Part shown: positions 23,560 through 37,599 of the stretch, in pieces
Layout of the letters: the number at the start of each line of letters is the position of its first letter
Position numbering within the stretch: the stretch's first letter is position 1
From: Camelus dromedarius
Lineage: Eukaryota
DNA length: 64,000 bases
Reading direction: 5' to 3'
Assembly: GCF_036321535.1 (NCBI RefSeq)
Contig: NC_087436.1
Span: 49,850,001-49,914,000, forward strand
Notes under the pieces: generated by a model
The model's database searches: none
Seen by the model: only the letters and a program-made list of their open reading frames with translations
What the model was told of the DNA's origin: nothing
Program-made: the position numbers and the translations under genes

Positions 23560-24330
23560 TAGAAAAGGAGTCAATCATGTAAACCAGTAAATGAAATGGG
23601 TTATAGGACACGTGATAGCAGCAGACATAAGGTACAGAGGAGTCACACCAGAGAAAGTGCCTTGTTCCAGCTCAGAAGAGGGTATCAGAGAGGGCTTCTT
23701 GGGGTCATGCTTGGAATGACGGACCAGTTATCAACGGTTTGATGAAAGGATTGGGCTGGGACTGGGGCAGAAAGGCCATCTTCGGTGAAAGGCCAGAACT
23801 GGTGAAGCAAGAAAGCCTGGAACGTTACTGTGTGTGTAGACCACTTCAAACTCACATAAGCCAGAACTTATAGGGAGAAGGAGCATGTAAGTCCAGTCAA
23901 GCCTGAAGACCTAGAGGGTCGAATATACCACATTGAAGTATTTGGACTTCATTCCATAGGTCATGGGGAGCCACAGATGTTTGTATCCTAAACAAGTGGA
24001 AAAATAAGGTTTGTCTTTAAACAGAGCACTTTGGTGACAGTGAAACTCATTTGAAGGCGAATAAGACTGGAGACATGAAGAAGAACAAAGAAGCAGGGGA
24101 AGAGGCAAGAGACTGATTAAAGCAATAATAATATCCAGAGATGTTAAAAGTTAAAACTGATAAAATGTGTCCATCTACTGGAAATGGAGGTGAAGGAAAA
24201 CAGAGTTAGACTTAGCAAGAGAGACTGAAGAAAGACTGTGAGGAGACAAAAGGGGCAAGGGAGCTCTGTTTAAGTGATGTAGTGATTCTAGTGATGTAAC
24301 CTGGAGTCTCAGATAGTTAAGGGAAAAGAG
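23560..24330 (-). mobile_element. L2 fragment
   Basis: atcagagagggcttct…gtatttggacttcattccataggtcatggggagccac. Confidence 0.6.
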
Positions 24331-25339
24331 AATAGGACAGGGTCACGAGTAGTAAAAATGAGGACATTCGATGGATTACATTGGTGGTGGACTCAAAGAC
24401 TTGTTGGGATGGGGCTACCTCAGGGAAAGAGATAGGTTCAAAAATAATTACCTTAAATTTTAAAAATTACTGAACAAGAACATTTTTTTTAAAAGCAAAA
24501 GAACAGTAAATACTCTAGATGTTAAAAATTTGAGAATATTGCAGCAAAAAGGTATGAGTACAGACATAAGGGACATTTTTTTTCCTTTTGCTAAACATCT
24601 GGTTACCTAGCTTAAAGTACATATTTGTACAGTATCCTCTTGATTATCTGCTAAACAAAATGAATTTGTTTCATGCATATAAATGCATGAATATCTCACA
24701 GTTAGATTCTAATTGATTTGTGTATAGTAAACCTATCACAGAAAGTGGGACCAAGGTATGCTAAGTGTCTATTTAAAACGCTCTCATTTCCAAAGGGCTC
24801 TAGCTAAGGAATTACTTTAGCTATGTGATCTCATATATCATAATTTCTTGGGGGACAAGATTATCCTATATTTTATAAGATATATGTTTGCTCCTAGGAA
24901 AGGAGAATTCTGAGAATGCCAATGGTATGAGCTTTCTGGAAAGGTATTTACTAAGTCAAAATTCTAAGAAAGCAAAGGATCTGATAAATTTGCAAAACTG
25001 ATTTCAAGATGGTGTCTACCAATTAAACCACCTACAGTTAGTGTCTCTGTCTAATACATCTTCATCCAGTATTAGGTTTTATTATTGAATTATCCACTAA
25101 TTTTATGATAAAATAATAACTCATAGATATTTCCACTGGCATTTGTCTGGTTACTAGTATAATTAAAGTCTTTCCCTAATTTTAGTCTCATGTTTAGTTT
25201 GTTAGGTATCAATTCATATCTTTTGTCTATTTTTCTCCTAAACTTTCAATTTATTTCTTAATAGCTTGTAAAATATTTTTAAACATGCTATTAATCCCTT
25301 AAATCTGGGGGTAAATATTTGTCTAATAAGTTGTTGTTA

Positions 25340-25530
25340 ATCTGTTTATTCAGAATTTTTGACATGCATTTTATATGTAGTTATTCAAATCTCATAACAA
25401 TTGTGCACAATAAGCATGATTATTCTCATTTTGCACATGAACACATGGTGGTTCAGACAGGTTGGATAATCTGCCACAGGTCCCTCCCACAAAGTGAAGT
25501 TTTGATGCCGGTTTGCCTGGCCCAGAACTC
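25340..25530 (-). mobile_element. MIR
   Basis: attcaaatctcataacaa…attattctcattttgcacatgaacac…ttcagacaggttggataatctgcc. Confidence 0.6.
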
Positions 25531-26499
25531 ATTTAATTTTCTGTGTTACACTGTAACTGGAGACAAAGTCTGATGATGAGAGCATTTTAATAGGAAACAT
25601 TTTAAGAAGGGGATGAAGTGAAAACATCAAGAAGAAGGACCATGCTTGGAAAGTATAAGTGTAATTACAGCCAGAGTTGAAGTAAATGGATGTATGGAAC
25701 AAAGGACAGTGATGAGTTGACAATTACTCCAAGATTTCCTGCGTGGCTGGCTGCTGATATAGTGACATTACCCAATGTGACAAAGAAACCAGGCTCAGAG
25801 CTCTGTCACTGCAAGATGATAAGCTGAATTGTCTTCTCCACATTTCATTTCCATTCATGACAGGACATGCAGTTTGAAATGCCTTATACAGAAAACTCTC
25901 GCCAAGTTGGGTGGAGAGGCCAAGCTCACAGTTAGACAAGTAGATTTGGACAGGTTTTCTGTACACAGATGGAACTAAATGACGTGCCCAAGGTTTGGGG
26001 TATGGTGAGAAGAGGCATCTGTTAATTTCCAGAAGAAACTCCATAGATGCAGTTTCAGAAGGAGGAGGAAGATTGCTTAAGGAGGTAGAGGAGTTCCTTC
26101 TATAACATAACATATAGGTTTTGAAAACTCTCGTGTCCTGTAATATTTACAGAAGAAGAGCATTGGCTTGGGGTAGACCACTTGAAACTTTTATAGTTTC
26201 GTGAAACAATGAAACTTTGAAAGCGCGTAATGAATGCATTAACAAAAACCACTAATGATCCTAACAAAAATACTAACACAGTTTAAATGATATATTAAAC
26301 TCCTTATATACGAAGGATTACTAGAGTAAAGGCAGGAAATTTTCCCTCTTTAAAAAAATAGGAGAAGGTAGGTTTACAGAAGAATTTTATCAAAAGGTGG
26401 AGGTGTCTGTGTTATGGAGAAAAGGGGAAAATGCAAAACCATCAGGGACTGGCATATACGGGATCAATAAATAATTGAGAACTAACTGAATACAAGCAG

Positions 26500-26860
26500 T
26501 ATAATTATTCATTGAGTCCAAGATAGTGCTTACTCTGTGCCAGTCCGTGTGTCACAAGTCACAGGCCCGGTTTTGGAGAAGGTAGGTCTAGCGGGATAGA
26601 GAGATAAACAGGCAGTTGTAACAGTGTGCATAGTACGTGCTGAAGTGAGGTCGGCACAAGGTGTTCTGAAACCTAGACAGATTTGGCTTTGGGGAAGGGC
26701 GGCTTTCAGAAGAAGTGGAGCATAATCTGACAGGTGATCCGCAGTGAGAAATGATAAGAACAGGGAAGACAGAGAATTCTATACTTTTAACAGCAAGTAC
26801 CAAACCCAGAACTGAGTAAACACTTGAAACATTCCAGGAGAAGGAGGCAGCTGGGGTCGG
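26500..26860 (-). mobile_element. L2 fragment
   Basis: attcattgag…gcttactctgtgccag…ggaagggcggctttcagaagaagtg. Confidence 0.5.
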
Positions 26861-28504
26861 GCTGCAGGATCACGTAGAAACTAAGGGGATGCTAACTGCT
26901 ATTAGAGATAAACCACAAATTCTAATCCACCCCCAGGGTTCCTTATGTGGGGGGCAATCTTCCTCAAAGTCCTCTCTCTTTAGCAGGCAGATGCAGAAAG
27001 ACGTACCCATGTCTTAACCAGTCTGACTCAGAAGAGACATATTATTCCTGCTCACATTCTGTGGGTCCGATTTTTGAAGCAAAGAGTCTTTATCAAGTGT
27101 AGAAATTAATTACAAATGAAAGTACACCTTGAAAGTCTATGTTCATCCAACAGAAGTAAGCCTGAGGACTGAGCAGTTGCCTGGTAAATTTATGTAGGTA
27201 AACAGCCAGTTTGGATAATCTCACTTTTTTTGGTACAGAGCTCATCCAGAGTAACTGTTTAATTTTAATTCAAATTATTTTTGCTGGAATTAATTATCCA
27301 GAGGGATGGTACACATACTAAGATCATTCCTAGATAATTAGTCCATTTTCTTCCTAATTTTGACTGTCTACATCACATTGTTATGAGGACCCACAGACTC
27401 ATTAACAGAGAAAAAGAAACAGAATTCCTGGTTTATGAACTCAGTTGTGTAAGCGGTACCTGGGTGTTTGGTGCATCACTTGACCCTTGGCAACCTGTTC
27501 CCAGGTCTTGTATAGGTCTCTGTACCTTCATCCAGCTCACACAACTTTGTGAAATTAATGAGGTAGTATGTATAAAGCTCTCTGAATCAAATGAGAAGGG
27601 AATTATCTAGCTACACGGAGATATGACAAAGAAGCCAACCATGATGAATGAGAGTTTTCTGGAAGGATCTTGGCTGGATTCATCTTGCTACTTTAACTGC
27701 TCTCAAACTCATTATTTTTATGAAGGAAAGGATATGGGCGAAAGGGGCTGTTCCACACTTTGTAAGTCAGCCCCTTTCCTCCAGGTATTTTTTTTTTTTT
27801 TAGAAGCAGACTGGAAAGATGATTAAAAAGAAGGATTTTTCTTTTTGAAAAGAGTTATGCCATTTTCAGTCCACATGGAAGAGAGTGCTTCAATCACAGC
27901 GCAGCTGCTGTTGTCTTGTGGCTCCTGGAAAAATGGGGAAGTCCTAGCTGCAAAGCGAAATGATAGTGTTTTGTTTGGTGATAATATAACTGGGTTTGTA
28001 TCATTCAGACTCAATCCTACCTCTGACTTTTGTGAGTAAAAGGCAGTAAAAGTTCATATCACTCTCCCTCACCTCGCTGATTTTATTAATATTTAGTTAT
28101 AGCTTCATTTGATGGACGCTTATTTTTATACGGCGTTAAAAGAAAAGCAGATCACATCATTTGCAAGACTGCAGTGTGTGTGTGAGCCTTTCACACAAAG
28201 AATGCTGGAACGTCTTTTCTCTGTTGTATTTGGCAAATGGAAAGAATCTTAAATTGCTGAATAACTCAGAGGTGAAGAAGGAGGGGCAGCAGGAGAGCTC
28301 ACCACCATTTCGAGTGGGGTTGTATCTGACTGTGATCCTCAGGAAATTTGTGTCAGGAATTTCTCCTGAGCATGCTCTATAGAGGCCAGACATTCAGTAA
28401 CGGGATTGTAATTTTGTATCCTCCCCTGAGCACACTCATTGGTGGGGTTGCATTGTAGAAATGAATCAGAATACCCTGGAACTACAGCTTTCTGCTTCTG
28501 CATG

Positions 28505-28660
28505 GATTTCATCATTTTAAACAAATATTTATTTATCATCTAGTTTGTGTAGGGCCCTGCCTAGGCTGGGGAGACACGTTTTGTCCCTGTCGTCACAGGA
28601 ATTATAGTCCAGTTGGCGGGCAAATGTTAAATTAACATTAAATATTAAATGAAAACACTA
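28505..28660 (-). mobile_element. L2 3' end
   Basis: cattttaaacaaatatttatttatcatctagtttgtgtagggccctgcctaggctgggga. Confidence 0.6.
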
Positions 28661-29907
28661 ATTGCTGTATTCTAAAGACCAATTTAGTGTCAATAGATAC
28701 CAAATAATTATCTCCTATCCCATTCTAATGATGAATAACGGCTGCTTGCAGTGCTGTGTGGAGAAGGATTTTGAAAGTAATCCTGAGTTCAGTAAGAAAA
28801 AAAAAGTACTTTGATTCGTTTTTGATGTCCGTCCGTGGTGAGGGAGAGTCCCATCTATGTATCGAAATTACGAGTTACAAATTTTAGACTGTCTGGAAGT
28901 TAATGAATTTTTTTCGTGTTATTAATTCAAATACTGAGTACTAAACTATGTAATAAGTGCTTGTGAGTAAAATATATGCTCTAATTGCCTTCATGGCTTC
29001 ATGCATTTGTCATCTCTTGTGTGAGTCTGTATTGTTTTTTTTAAGTTGACTTGAATTTGAATTTTGGTAAACGGTGCTCTTAAATTCAATTGAACATTTT
29101 CCAAAACACACATACACATACACTCACACTGGATGACAAATTCCAGTGAAGGGCACTGCGGTATATTTAGGTATGGATATTGGAGGATGTGGAAATAGGA
29201 GAAGAGGAACAATTTGATAAAGGGAATGATTTGATCGAAGGTGAAAAGGCAGAAACATGTGAATAATGTGGAGGGACCAGTGAATTGGAGCAGAGGATTC
29301 ATGTAAATAAATCTTGAAAGATAGGGTTGGAATATTAGTTATATTGCAGACAGTAGAAGTTCTTGAATTGTGGGCCAGCTGGGCATTTATTGCTTTATCT
29401 TGTGTGCTGTGGGGAAATATTGAAATTATTTGAGCAGAGGAGTGATGTGGGCAAAGCTGGACTTTATCTTATCAGATCCTATAAAGGGAGATGAAGTATC
29501 CTAAATGTTACAGATAAATAGAATTTATTGGCTGCCTATCGTGGGCTTCGTTTTCCAAAGCTTTTACTGTATGCAGTCATTAAGTTTTGGTAAACTAAAT
29601 AGCACCTGGGCATGTGTATATATATTTGTTATGATGACTTATTGGAATTAAGGTTTGCTATAAATACTGTTATTGCTGTGGACTTTTTGATGACTGTTAT
29701 AATTTGGGACTATCTATCAAGTGTATTTTGATTAGAACAGAAATTTTAAAGTGTTCCTTGAAACTCTAGGCTTCTGCATAAGTGCTGCAGGAAATCTCCT
29801 AAGATTCAGTCGGAATTTTATGGAGCCTGACTTGCAAGTGGAATCCTTAACATGAAAAGTTTTCATTGCTCAAAGCAGCTTTATTCTCAACAACTTTTTT
29901 TTTTTTT

Positions 29908-30176
29908 GGCTTATCAACAACAAAAATTTGTTTCTCATAGTTCTGGAGGCCAGAAAGTCCAAGATCAAGGTGTCCGCATAGTCACATTCTGGTGAGAGCC
30001 CTCTTCCTGGTCCATAGTGGGCAGCTTCTTGCTTTGTCCTCATGTAGCAGAAGAAGCTAATGTTCCCCCATCATGACCTAGTCACCTCCCAAAGACCCCA
30101 CCACCTATCCCATCACCCTTGGGGGTTAGGTTTCAACATATGAATTTTGGGGGACACAAACATTCAAACCATAGCA
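29908..30176 (-). mobile_element. MaLR LTR (MLT1A-like)
   Basis: tttctcatagttctggaggccagaaagtccaagatcaaggtg…catgacctagtcacctcccaaag…gggacacaaacattcaaaccatagca. Confidence 0.88.
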
Positions 30177-30251
30177 GTGTGCTTCCTCCTTCTGCCCTCC
30201 CTTCACTCCCTAGTACTCCTGAAGTTCCTTCTTTGGTTATTCTTTCCCTCA

Positions 30252-30485
30252 TTTTTCTAAATTGAGGTATAGTCGATTTACAATGTTAGTTTCAGTTGTA
30301 CAGCAAAGCGATTCATATATATATAATATCTGAATATATAAATATAAATATTTTATATATATATGTGTATATATATATAAATTTAGTTTCTTTTCCATTA
30401 CGGCTCATTACAAGAAATTGACTAATCTCCCTGTACTATACAGTAGGTCCTTGTTGTTTTATATATAGTAATGTGAATCTATTAG
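30252..30485 (-). mobile_element. L1 3' tail (cetartiodactyl-type) with internal (TA)n
   Basis: aattgaggtatagtcgatttacaatgttagtttcagttgtacagcaaagcgattc…ccctgtactatacagtaggtccttgttg. Confidence 0.8.
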
Positions 30486-30725
30486 CAACCTCTTTGTAAC
30501 TTGTCTCTTGTATTATAACACATACAGACTTAAAATGTACATGCCCGATTTGGTCATTTAATGAGTATTAGTGCTTCTTAAATATACTGGTTTTGCTGCC
30601 AAAAACATTTGGAAATCACCAGTGTTAAACATGATTCTAAGCTGAGTTCCCAGTCCTTTCCCTACCACATTTGTACATTTTATATACCTCTATTGTTTTT
30701 CAACAAATGCTATCTAAAAAGCTAC

Positions 30726-31332
30726 TGTGCTGGTTGTTTGTCTATTGTCTCTCAGATCCATTTCCACCCTTCATTGTTCTCCTTTGTATCCCCGCAGGCT
30801 GAAAGCCTGCGAACTACTTTTCTAGACTCTGTCATCAGCTGGCTTTTAGTTAGATTCCGCCAGTGGGAGGAATTAGTAGGAGTTTGAAAGACAAAAGGCA
30901 AAAAGAAGCCTGCCCCCACCCATCCCAGCTGCAGGAGATGCCTTCCACAGTGGCCAGCAGCAGGCACGTGGGACGAGCTTTTGCTCAGGCGATGCCTTCC
31001 TAACAGCAGAAGCGGCAGCACCTCCAGATCCAGAGGGGCCAGCACGAGTATACGCTCCTGGGTCTCTTTCCTCGGATGTGCTGCAGTTCCAACAGTGTCA
31101 GAGCAGTAGTGAGTACAGGCTCCTGGCTTCAGCCTTGGGGCGGAGGCAAGTCCCTGGTCTCTGGGTAATGCTCTTCTCTGTATTGTATCACCAGCCCCAC
31201 CTTTCTTCTTTTAGCTCCTATAGCTCTTCAAACTCCCTGGTAAGGAGTTCTTGACATTAAATTCCCCTTTCCTGGAAATACCTTGAGAGGCTTCTTTTTT
31301 TTCCTGATGGGACATCAACTGACTGACTAATT
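30726..31332 (+). mobile_element. LTR33-like ERVL solo LTR
   Basis: Starts tgtgctggttgtttgtctattgtctctcagatccatttccaccctt and ends attaaattcccctt…ctgactgactaat. Confidence 0.72.
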
Positions 31333-32534
31333 AAGTGTCAGAGCAAGACTGTGCATTGGAGCTATTAGTGAGTCAAATGGACTGAAAAGGAGACATCATA
31401 GAACTAGAGGATACACTGAACTTCCTATATGATATTTTAAATACTATTTGCAGGTCATTCTCTTCTGTTAGAATATAAACACTATGTGGGCACTGAATCC
31501 CATTAGTTCTTCTGTTAGTAGAGCCTGTCACACTGGCTAAGATGTAAAGACACCCAGTTAATGCTCTCTAGTTGGATCCATGGAAGTATAAAGGAAGATC
31601 AGGGGCTCAAAGCCCTCAAGTTTATAATTTCATAAAGAATTCACTTACCTTATACTTCTCTTTCTTCTACTTTTTCCTTCTTCTTTGTATTTGTCATCTA
31701 TTTAATCAAACACTATATTCTTATGGGCTGAAATATTGAGATAAAGAGAAAAGAAATGAACAACAAAGAAGAGAACTAATCTAGACAGAAATAAATAACA
31801 TTGCATTTTAAATCTCTGCGTCAGATATTCCTATCTCATTGGAAGAAAGGGCACAGAACTTGTGGAACAAAGCCTTTCCCTTTTAGATTTGCACAAAATG
31901 TCAAGCTATGAAGCTGCCCTTTCATGATGCAACCTCAGAGTCCTCCCACATAGTAGTTTGATGCTAGGTTTTGAATGATCTCTAATCCCAGGTAGGAGCA
32001 GAAATGGTTGAATGCGCATCAACCTTATTTGGCTGGGTGGTGAAATTTACATCAATGATGTTGAGTGCAAAATAAAGATTTGGTTATTTTAACTGCTATG
32101 TTGGAGAATCTATTAACAAAGGAAAAATTCTCAATTTTTTTGGCTAGATGGACAGATCCATGAGAAATTTCAATAGCAATTTCTTGTAGTGCTCTAGCTT
32201 TTGTAGAAGCAGTTAATACATAATGAGGAGAAAGATGTTAAATGGTATAATTCTTCAGGGAGTCCATGTTCGATATCATTGTGGTGACACTATCAAAAAA
32301 GAAATGCCAAAAAAGTGATGAAAATTTATCAACAATGTATTTTTTCTAACTGTGAGGGTAAGAATATTAAACAAAAAATTCTCATTTTTTCCTTCTAGTC
32401 ATAAACATTTTTGTACCTGTGCTCATTTTTATCAAATATTTTGTTATTGCTGTTATTTTACTATGTGTTTTGCTTGGTTTAGGCTTAGAAGCCAATATAT
32501 TGATAAGAAGTCACCTTCAAAAAGTATCCTTTCT

Positions 32535-32750
32535 GAAGCGGACTCACAGATATAGAGAACAAACTAGTCGTTACCAGTGGGGTCCGGGGAGGGGCTACGT
32601 GGGGGTTGGGGAATGGGAGGTACAGACTGTTGGGTGTTAGACAAACTACAAGGCTATATTGTACAACACAGGAAATACAGCCAATATTTTGTGATAACTG
32701 TAAATGGAAAGTAACTTTTAAAAATTGCATGAAAATAAGACAAATTTTTT
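32535..32750 (+). mobile_element. 5'-truncated L1 3' end
   Basis: gactcacagatatagagaacaaactag…ttaccagtgggg…tatattgtacaacacaggaaatacagccaatatttt; possible decayed TSD tatccttt on both sides. Confidence 0.85.
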
Positions 32751-35700
32751 AAATATATCCTTTTTACCCTGACTTTACTTTCAGTGAATTTTCTTAAGAA
32801 CAGTTACGCCTATTCAGCCAGTTTAGAAGCACACAGTTTAACATTCCTGCTTGGCTGTTTCTTTCCCCTTCCCCACCTTGTTTAAAAAAATTTTTTTTTG
32901 TTAAAAGCCCTCATTAATAAAGCTCCATTATAATTCCCCTTATGATTGCTGAAAGCTTATAGCCCCTGCTTCACAACATTACACCTCCCTGGGAGATGCG
33001 GAAAACACATATAGATTGTTTGTTTTCACAAATCTGTAATTGAAGGGTTGAGAGAGGGAGGAACTTTTAGACATTAGACTGCTGGGGATTTCTCATGTCA
33101 GATCATAACTGTTTGTGTGGTATATCCAGCTGAAAATTGAGCTAGCTGGCTTGTTTTCTCCACACTGGAGGACCGAGGAGAAAGAAATGACTCCAGTGGT
33201 ACATTTATAAACGTTTACATTTTATTTGTGAGGTTTGGTGATATTTTAAATAAAGTTTGTCCATGGAATTCTATGTCCTCAACAAAGGAGTCAAAGAGCG
33301 GTTTGGTTTCTTGGGCTTTTAGCTTTTTTTTAAATTCCAATGATTCTCAAGTGCTGTTCCAGGTCACCTGAAAACATATCTGTGGTTGGCATCTCTAAAA
33401 CAGAACAAGCACGCAAGACAGACTGCCTCAAAAGGGGCTTTTCTTATACAACGTCTAGGGGACTTGTGCTGAGGAGTATATTTACAGTTTAATGAGTTCA
33501 ATTCCTACTAAAATTATTCTAAAATTTGGTAAATAAGTAGAAAAACCAGTATTTCTTAAAAAGAGTATATCTCTCTTTTTTCCCCCAAACAACTGAGTTG
33601 ATATTACCCCAAAGCCTGAGAAGATTGGGGTATTTTTAAAGGCAACTCCATCGTAACCAGCCCTGTGCTTCCTTTAGGGTATTCCCAGCATCCAGCCCCA
33701 TCTCCCTGATTGTGGGCTACGGCCTCCCACACCATCCAGAGAGGGCCCGATAAGCAGTCAGAGCAGTTTCAGAGGGTTGTCAGGTGCATTGCACTGCACT
33801 AAGTCAAGTGTGCAGGAAAAAAAAGAAAAGAGTTATATGCCAGTTCCTCAACCTTTGGTAGGCTGACAACCTCCCAAGGCAACAGAGCTGAAGGTGGCCG
33901 AAAAAATAAACGATCCTCTGGGGTGAGCCTCTCTTCTGTCCCACCTGCAGGGATTTGAACCCAGCCTGGCTGTGCGAAAAGCCTGATGAGTGTACGTGCG
34001 GGTTACAGGCCATCTGCCTCTTCCCCATTCATGCTAATCGCGAGAACGCCACCCCGAGTGAAGACGGAGCCCCTCAGCCAGTTGTTTCTGTGCCCTGCCC
34101 CTCCGTGCACTGTGCTGGACAGCTGGGTGCGAGCACTAACCCGGAAACAAAGAGGAAACAACCCGGAGACTGGCGCACAGGGCAGACCTAAGTCTCTCTG
34201 CAGGGCACTCCGCCCTGGGCTGCCTGAGAAGGGGCACAGTCATCAGTGGGGGCGGGTAACGTGGAACGTTAATGAACCACTTTCTTGCCCACGTTTAGCC
34301 CCAAATAACCGGACGGATACAAGAACAAATCATGAAATGGTATAATTGCATGATGGTGACAAAATTAATTTGTGGAGTTATCAAAAAAAAAGAAAAAAAG
34401 AAATCACTCGTGCAACAATTTTAATGTGAATAAATTATACGAAAAAGGACCATATACAAAGGTGTTCTCACCTAACGTGGGGAAAAGGACTCTGTTTTCC
34501 ATAGATTATGACTCTTTTTCCCTCTTTTACATATCCTAGTCAAATAAAATGAACATCATTTGGTGATAGAACTGTGAGTTTGCTCATTTCATTTCTAATT
34601 GATGCCCTTCCCCAAGTAACACATCCTTAGCCTTAAAATATAATACCTTCCTCTAACTTGAAATAAAAGTTAAAAATAACATTTCACTCCTTAAAACTTT
34701 AAATTCCATCTTGTTTCTAATCAGCCATCTGGAGTGACTATACAAGGTTCCCCAGACCTGACTGATTTATTAATATAATTTTTGTTTTAATTGAAACAGC
34801 AACATTTAGGTTCCACCTTAACAGTGCACCTTAAAAGATTATCTCGGTTATTTCACAGGCACCGAGCCGGCACTAATAGTCCAAGGCAGATATTGAAAAG
34901 CAGCACAGGGCCAGGCAGATCTATTAGAAATTCCCATCCACGCGCCTCATACATATTGATTTCTGACACCAAGCAGCAGTGAAAGCCCCCGTGGGAATAA
35001 TATATTTAGCAGGGTTCGCTGCGAGGAGGTCACAGAGTGCATACAGATTAGCTTCAGAGGACCAAGGCACTAGTGTTGGAGCCAAATGCTAGATTTTATA
35101 TCATTTTAATCTGAACTTTTATAATCCTTTTAGTTCTTCTTTCTCTGGATGGCAGAGAGAAGGCTTCTTCACATGTACTGTGCATCTTTTTCTTTATTCC
35201 TCCTATAAATGTGCAAATGCCATTGTAATGGGGAGGAATGTTCCTTTAGCATAAGCAGCAGAGCCCCAACCAGATTTGCTTTTATAAACGGTGGTCAGTT
35301 CAGATGAAGACATCTTTATTTAAAGATTTCTCTTCGTGGGGGAGGGAAAAAAAATCACAAACCCGTATCTCCAGTTTTCAGATATAAGCAAAACTGGTTC
35401 TTATTAAAGAAACCATCCCTCCCCTCCCCCACCTCTGACACCAGGGCTTCATTGAGCAGAAGTTGCATTTATACTGTTATGTCCATGAAAACCAAAATCT
35501 AAACTTTTTTTTTTTTTTAAATTACCTTTCTAATGAGTAGGGAATGCCTGCTCATTATGCAAAGAAGTGTTGTGACTGTATCAGATAAAGGTGTCAGAGG
35601 AGAGTCAAACAGGCATTTTGGAGACTGGAGAGATGCCAGCAGTGCAAAAGGAAAGGTTAGAGTGGACATACTTTGACAGAAGGGTGAAATACATTCAGAT

Positions 35701-36685
35701 AACAAAGGGAAATAGGAGGTTTCACTCAACAGACACAAAGACTTATTGTCTTCCTCTAGACTGCATTTGAATGTTAGGTGTTCTATAAAAAGTTCCCATG
35801 ATTACCAATAATCAGAAACAATAACTACATCTTTTGAATCCAACTTATTACCCCTGGCATCCCAAATAAGCACAAAAGACTGGGAAAAGAAAATAAGAAG
35901 ACAGTGTAGGGATAAGCAATCAAGATCTATCCTTGAAAATATAACAATAATTATACGGAAAAGGTGAATCTGAGTTTGGTTTTATTAATAAAGATTTGTT
36001 TTACCAAGAAGGAGTAATTAAAGTATCCAGTCAAGACTCGGAATTTTGCCTATCAGATTATCTAACTAAAATATGTCAAACTTTCAGATTAGCTTTTCAG
36101 GACTGGCTCCGGTAATATATGTTAACTTTTATTTTATTTTCTAATATCTTGAAGCTGAGTGCAAACCAATAAAAGGGAGCCATTAAGTTTGGAGAAAGAG
36201 AAAAAAGGAGACATAAAATCTCAAACATAATTTTTAAAGTAAAAGTCTGCTCTGGGCCAATGCCCCCATCAGAAATACTTGGCCACAGTGCTGCCTTAAA
36301 ACCAGACTTAAAGCACACACGGGGATAGCCCCACATATTTTGCTATCTTGGCCTCTTCCTGGAATTACAAGCACACTGAAAATTAGACCAAACAAGAGTT
36401 CATCTCAGCAACTAGAGAAATGACAGGATTAAGAAGTATCTGGATGCTGAATAATCTGTACCATAGCATGCAGGTTAAAGGACGCAGGTGCAGAAAATTA
36501 GAGGGAGCTGGATCAGCTAACTAGTTGACAAAACCAGCAGAATGGAACTCTGTAGAAGTCAGTTCCTTCCATTAGAGAAGGAGAGTATGTGTATGTGTGT
36601 GTGTTCACTCTCATGAACTTAGTTTTAAATTGCTGTGTAACCAAACAGAATGTCTGGTATAATCAGTCATGTTTCCAGGAGCTGA

Positions 36686-36717
36686 TGATAGGATACATGG
36701 CTGATAGGATACATGGC
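36686..36717. repeat. 16-bp perfect tandem duplication
   Basis: tgataggatacatggc x2. Confidence 0.92.
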
Positions 36718-37599
36718 AATCGATTCAATAAATGTCTAAGGTAGACTTGATTTTCAGCAAAGATTGAATCACATCTTTGATCAAGTCTTCCCAGAGAATA
36801 GGTTAAATATTATAAGATGCTGAGTCATCAAATTCAGTTGCAACTGTACCATGGTGGCAGGATCTTTTCCACCAAAGATCTTGGTCAAGTCTCCCACTTC
36901 CTTCTTTGGGATGTGTTTGTCTGCGGTACCAACTTCTATAATAAATGACAGTCAGGGTCTGTGCATGGTCTTCGGTTGGGGGAGATGCTTTCTGGTTAGA
37001 AAAGGAGAAATGGGCCATCCTGAACCTAGGAGCTTCTAATAAGCCTGTAGTAAGCAAGGACACACGGAGGACTAGGTTCAAATCTATCAAGAAAGCCAGG
37101 GAACTGTGCGTGAGCAAACCCCTTTATCACGGCACTGGGTAAAATCCTTGTACAACAGATGGCAAGGAGACCTTGACTATAATATCACCTATCTTTCCCA
37201 GTTGTCAGCACATTTCTTGACTTCCTTGTATGTAGATATTAGTCAATAAATATTAGCTGACTTGAATAAATTATATTAGATAGATGCTATACCTGGGGGA
37301 CAGAGACCAAAACATAATTGGCAAAAAGCAAAAACACAACAAAACAAAAAAGAGTAAGTCTCTAAAGTGCCCAACACTGCTTGACTGCTTCTTTCTGAGC
37401 TGACCTGTGTTAGGTAGACAGTCCGAGACTGGTGAAGCTGTTCATTTTTGCCGCCGGAAGTGGGGGGGGGGCATATTTTCCCCTCTCAGAAACAAGCTCA
37501 TGTTAGTAAGGGCAAGGAAAGGGCAAGTCTTGATGGTCGATTTCCTGAATTTGACTGGAGTTCCACAGCCCAGGTGTCAGTGAACAATTTACATTCCAT

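Noticed and set aside
33955..34345. Overlapping 78-aa and 119-aa ORFs in the CpG patch
   Set aside because: Stop codons are rarer in GC-rich DNA; no homology recognised and no exon structure evident.
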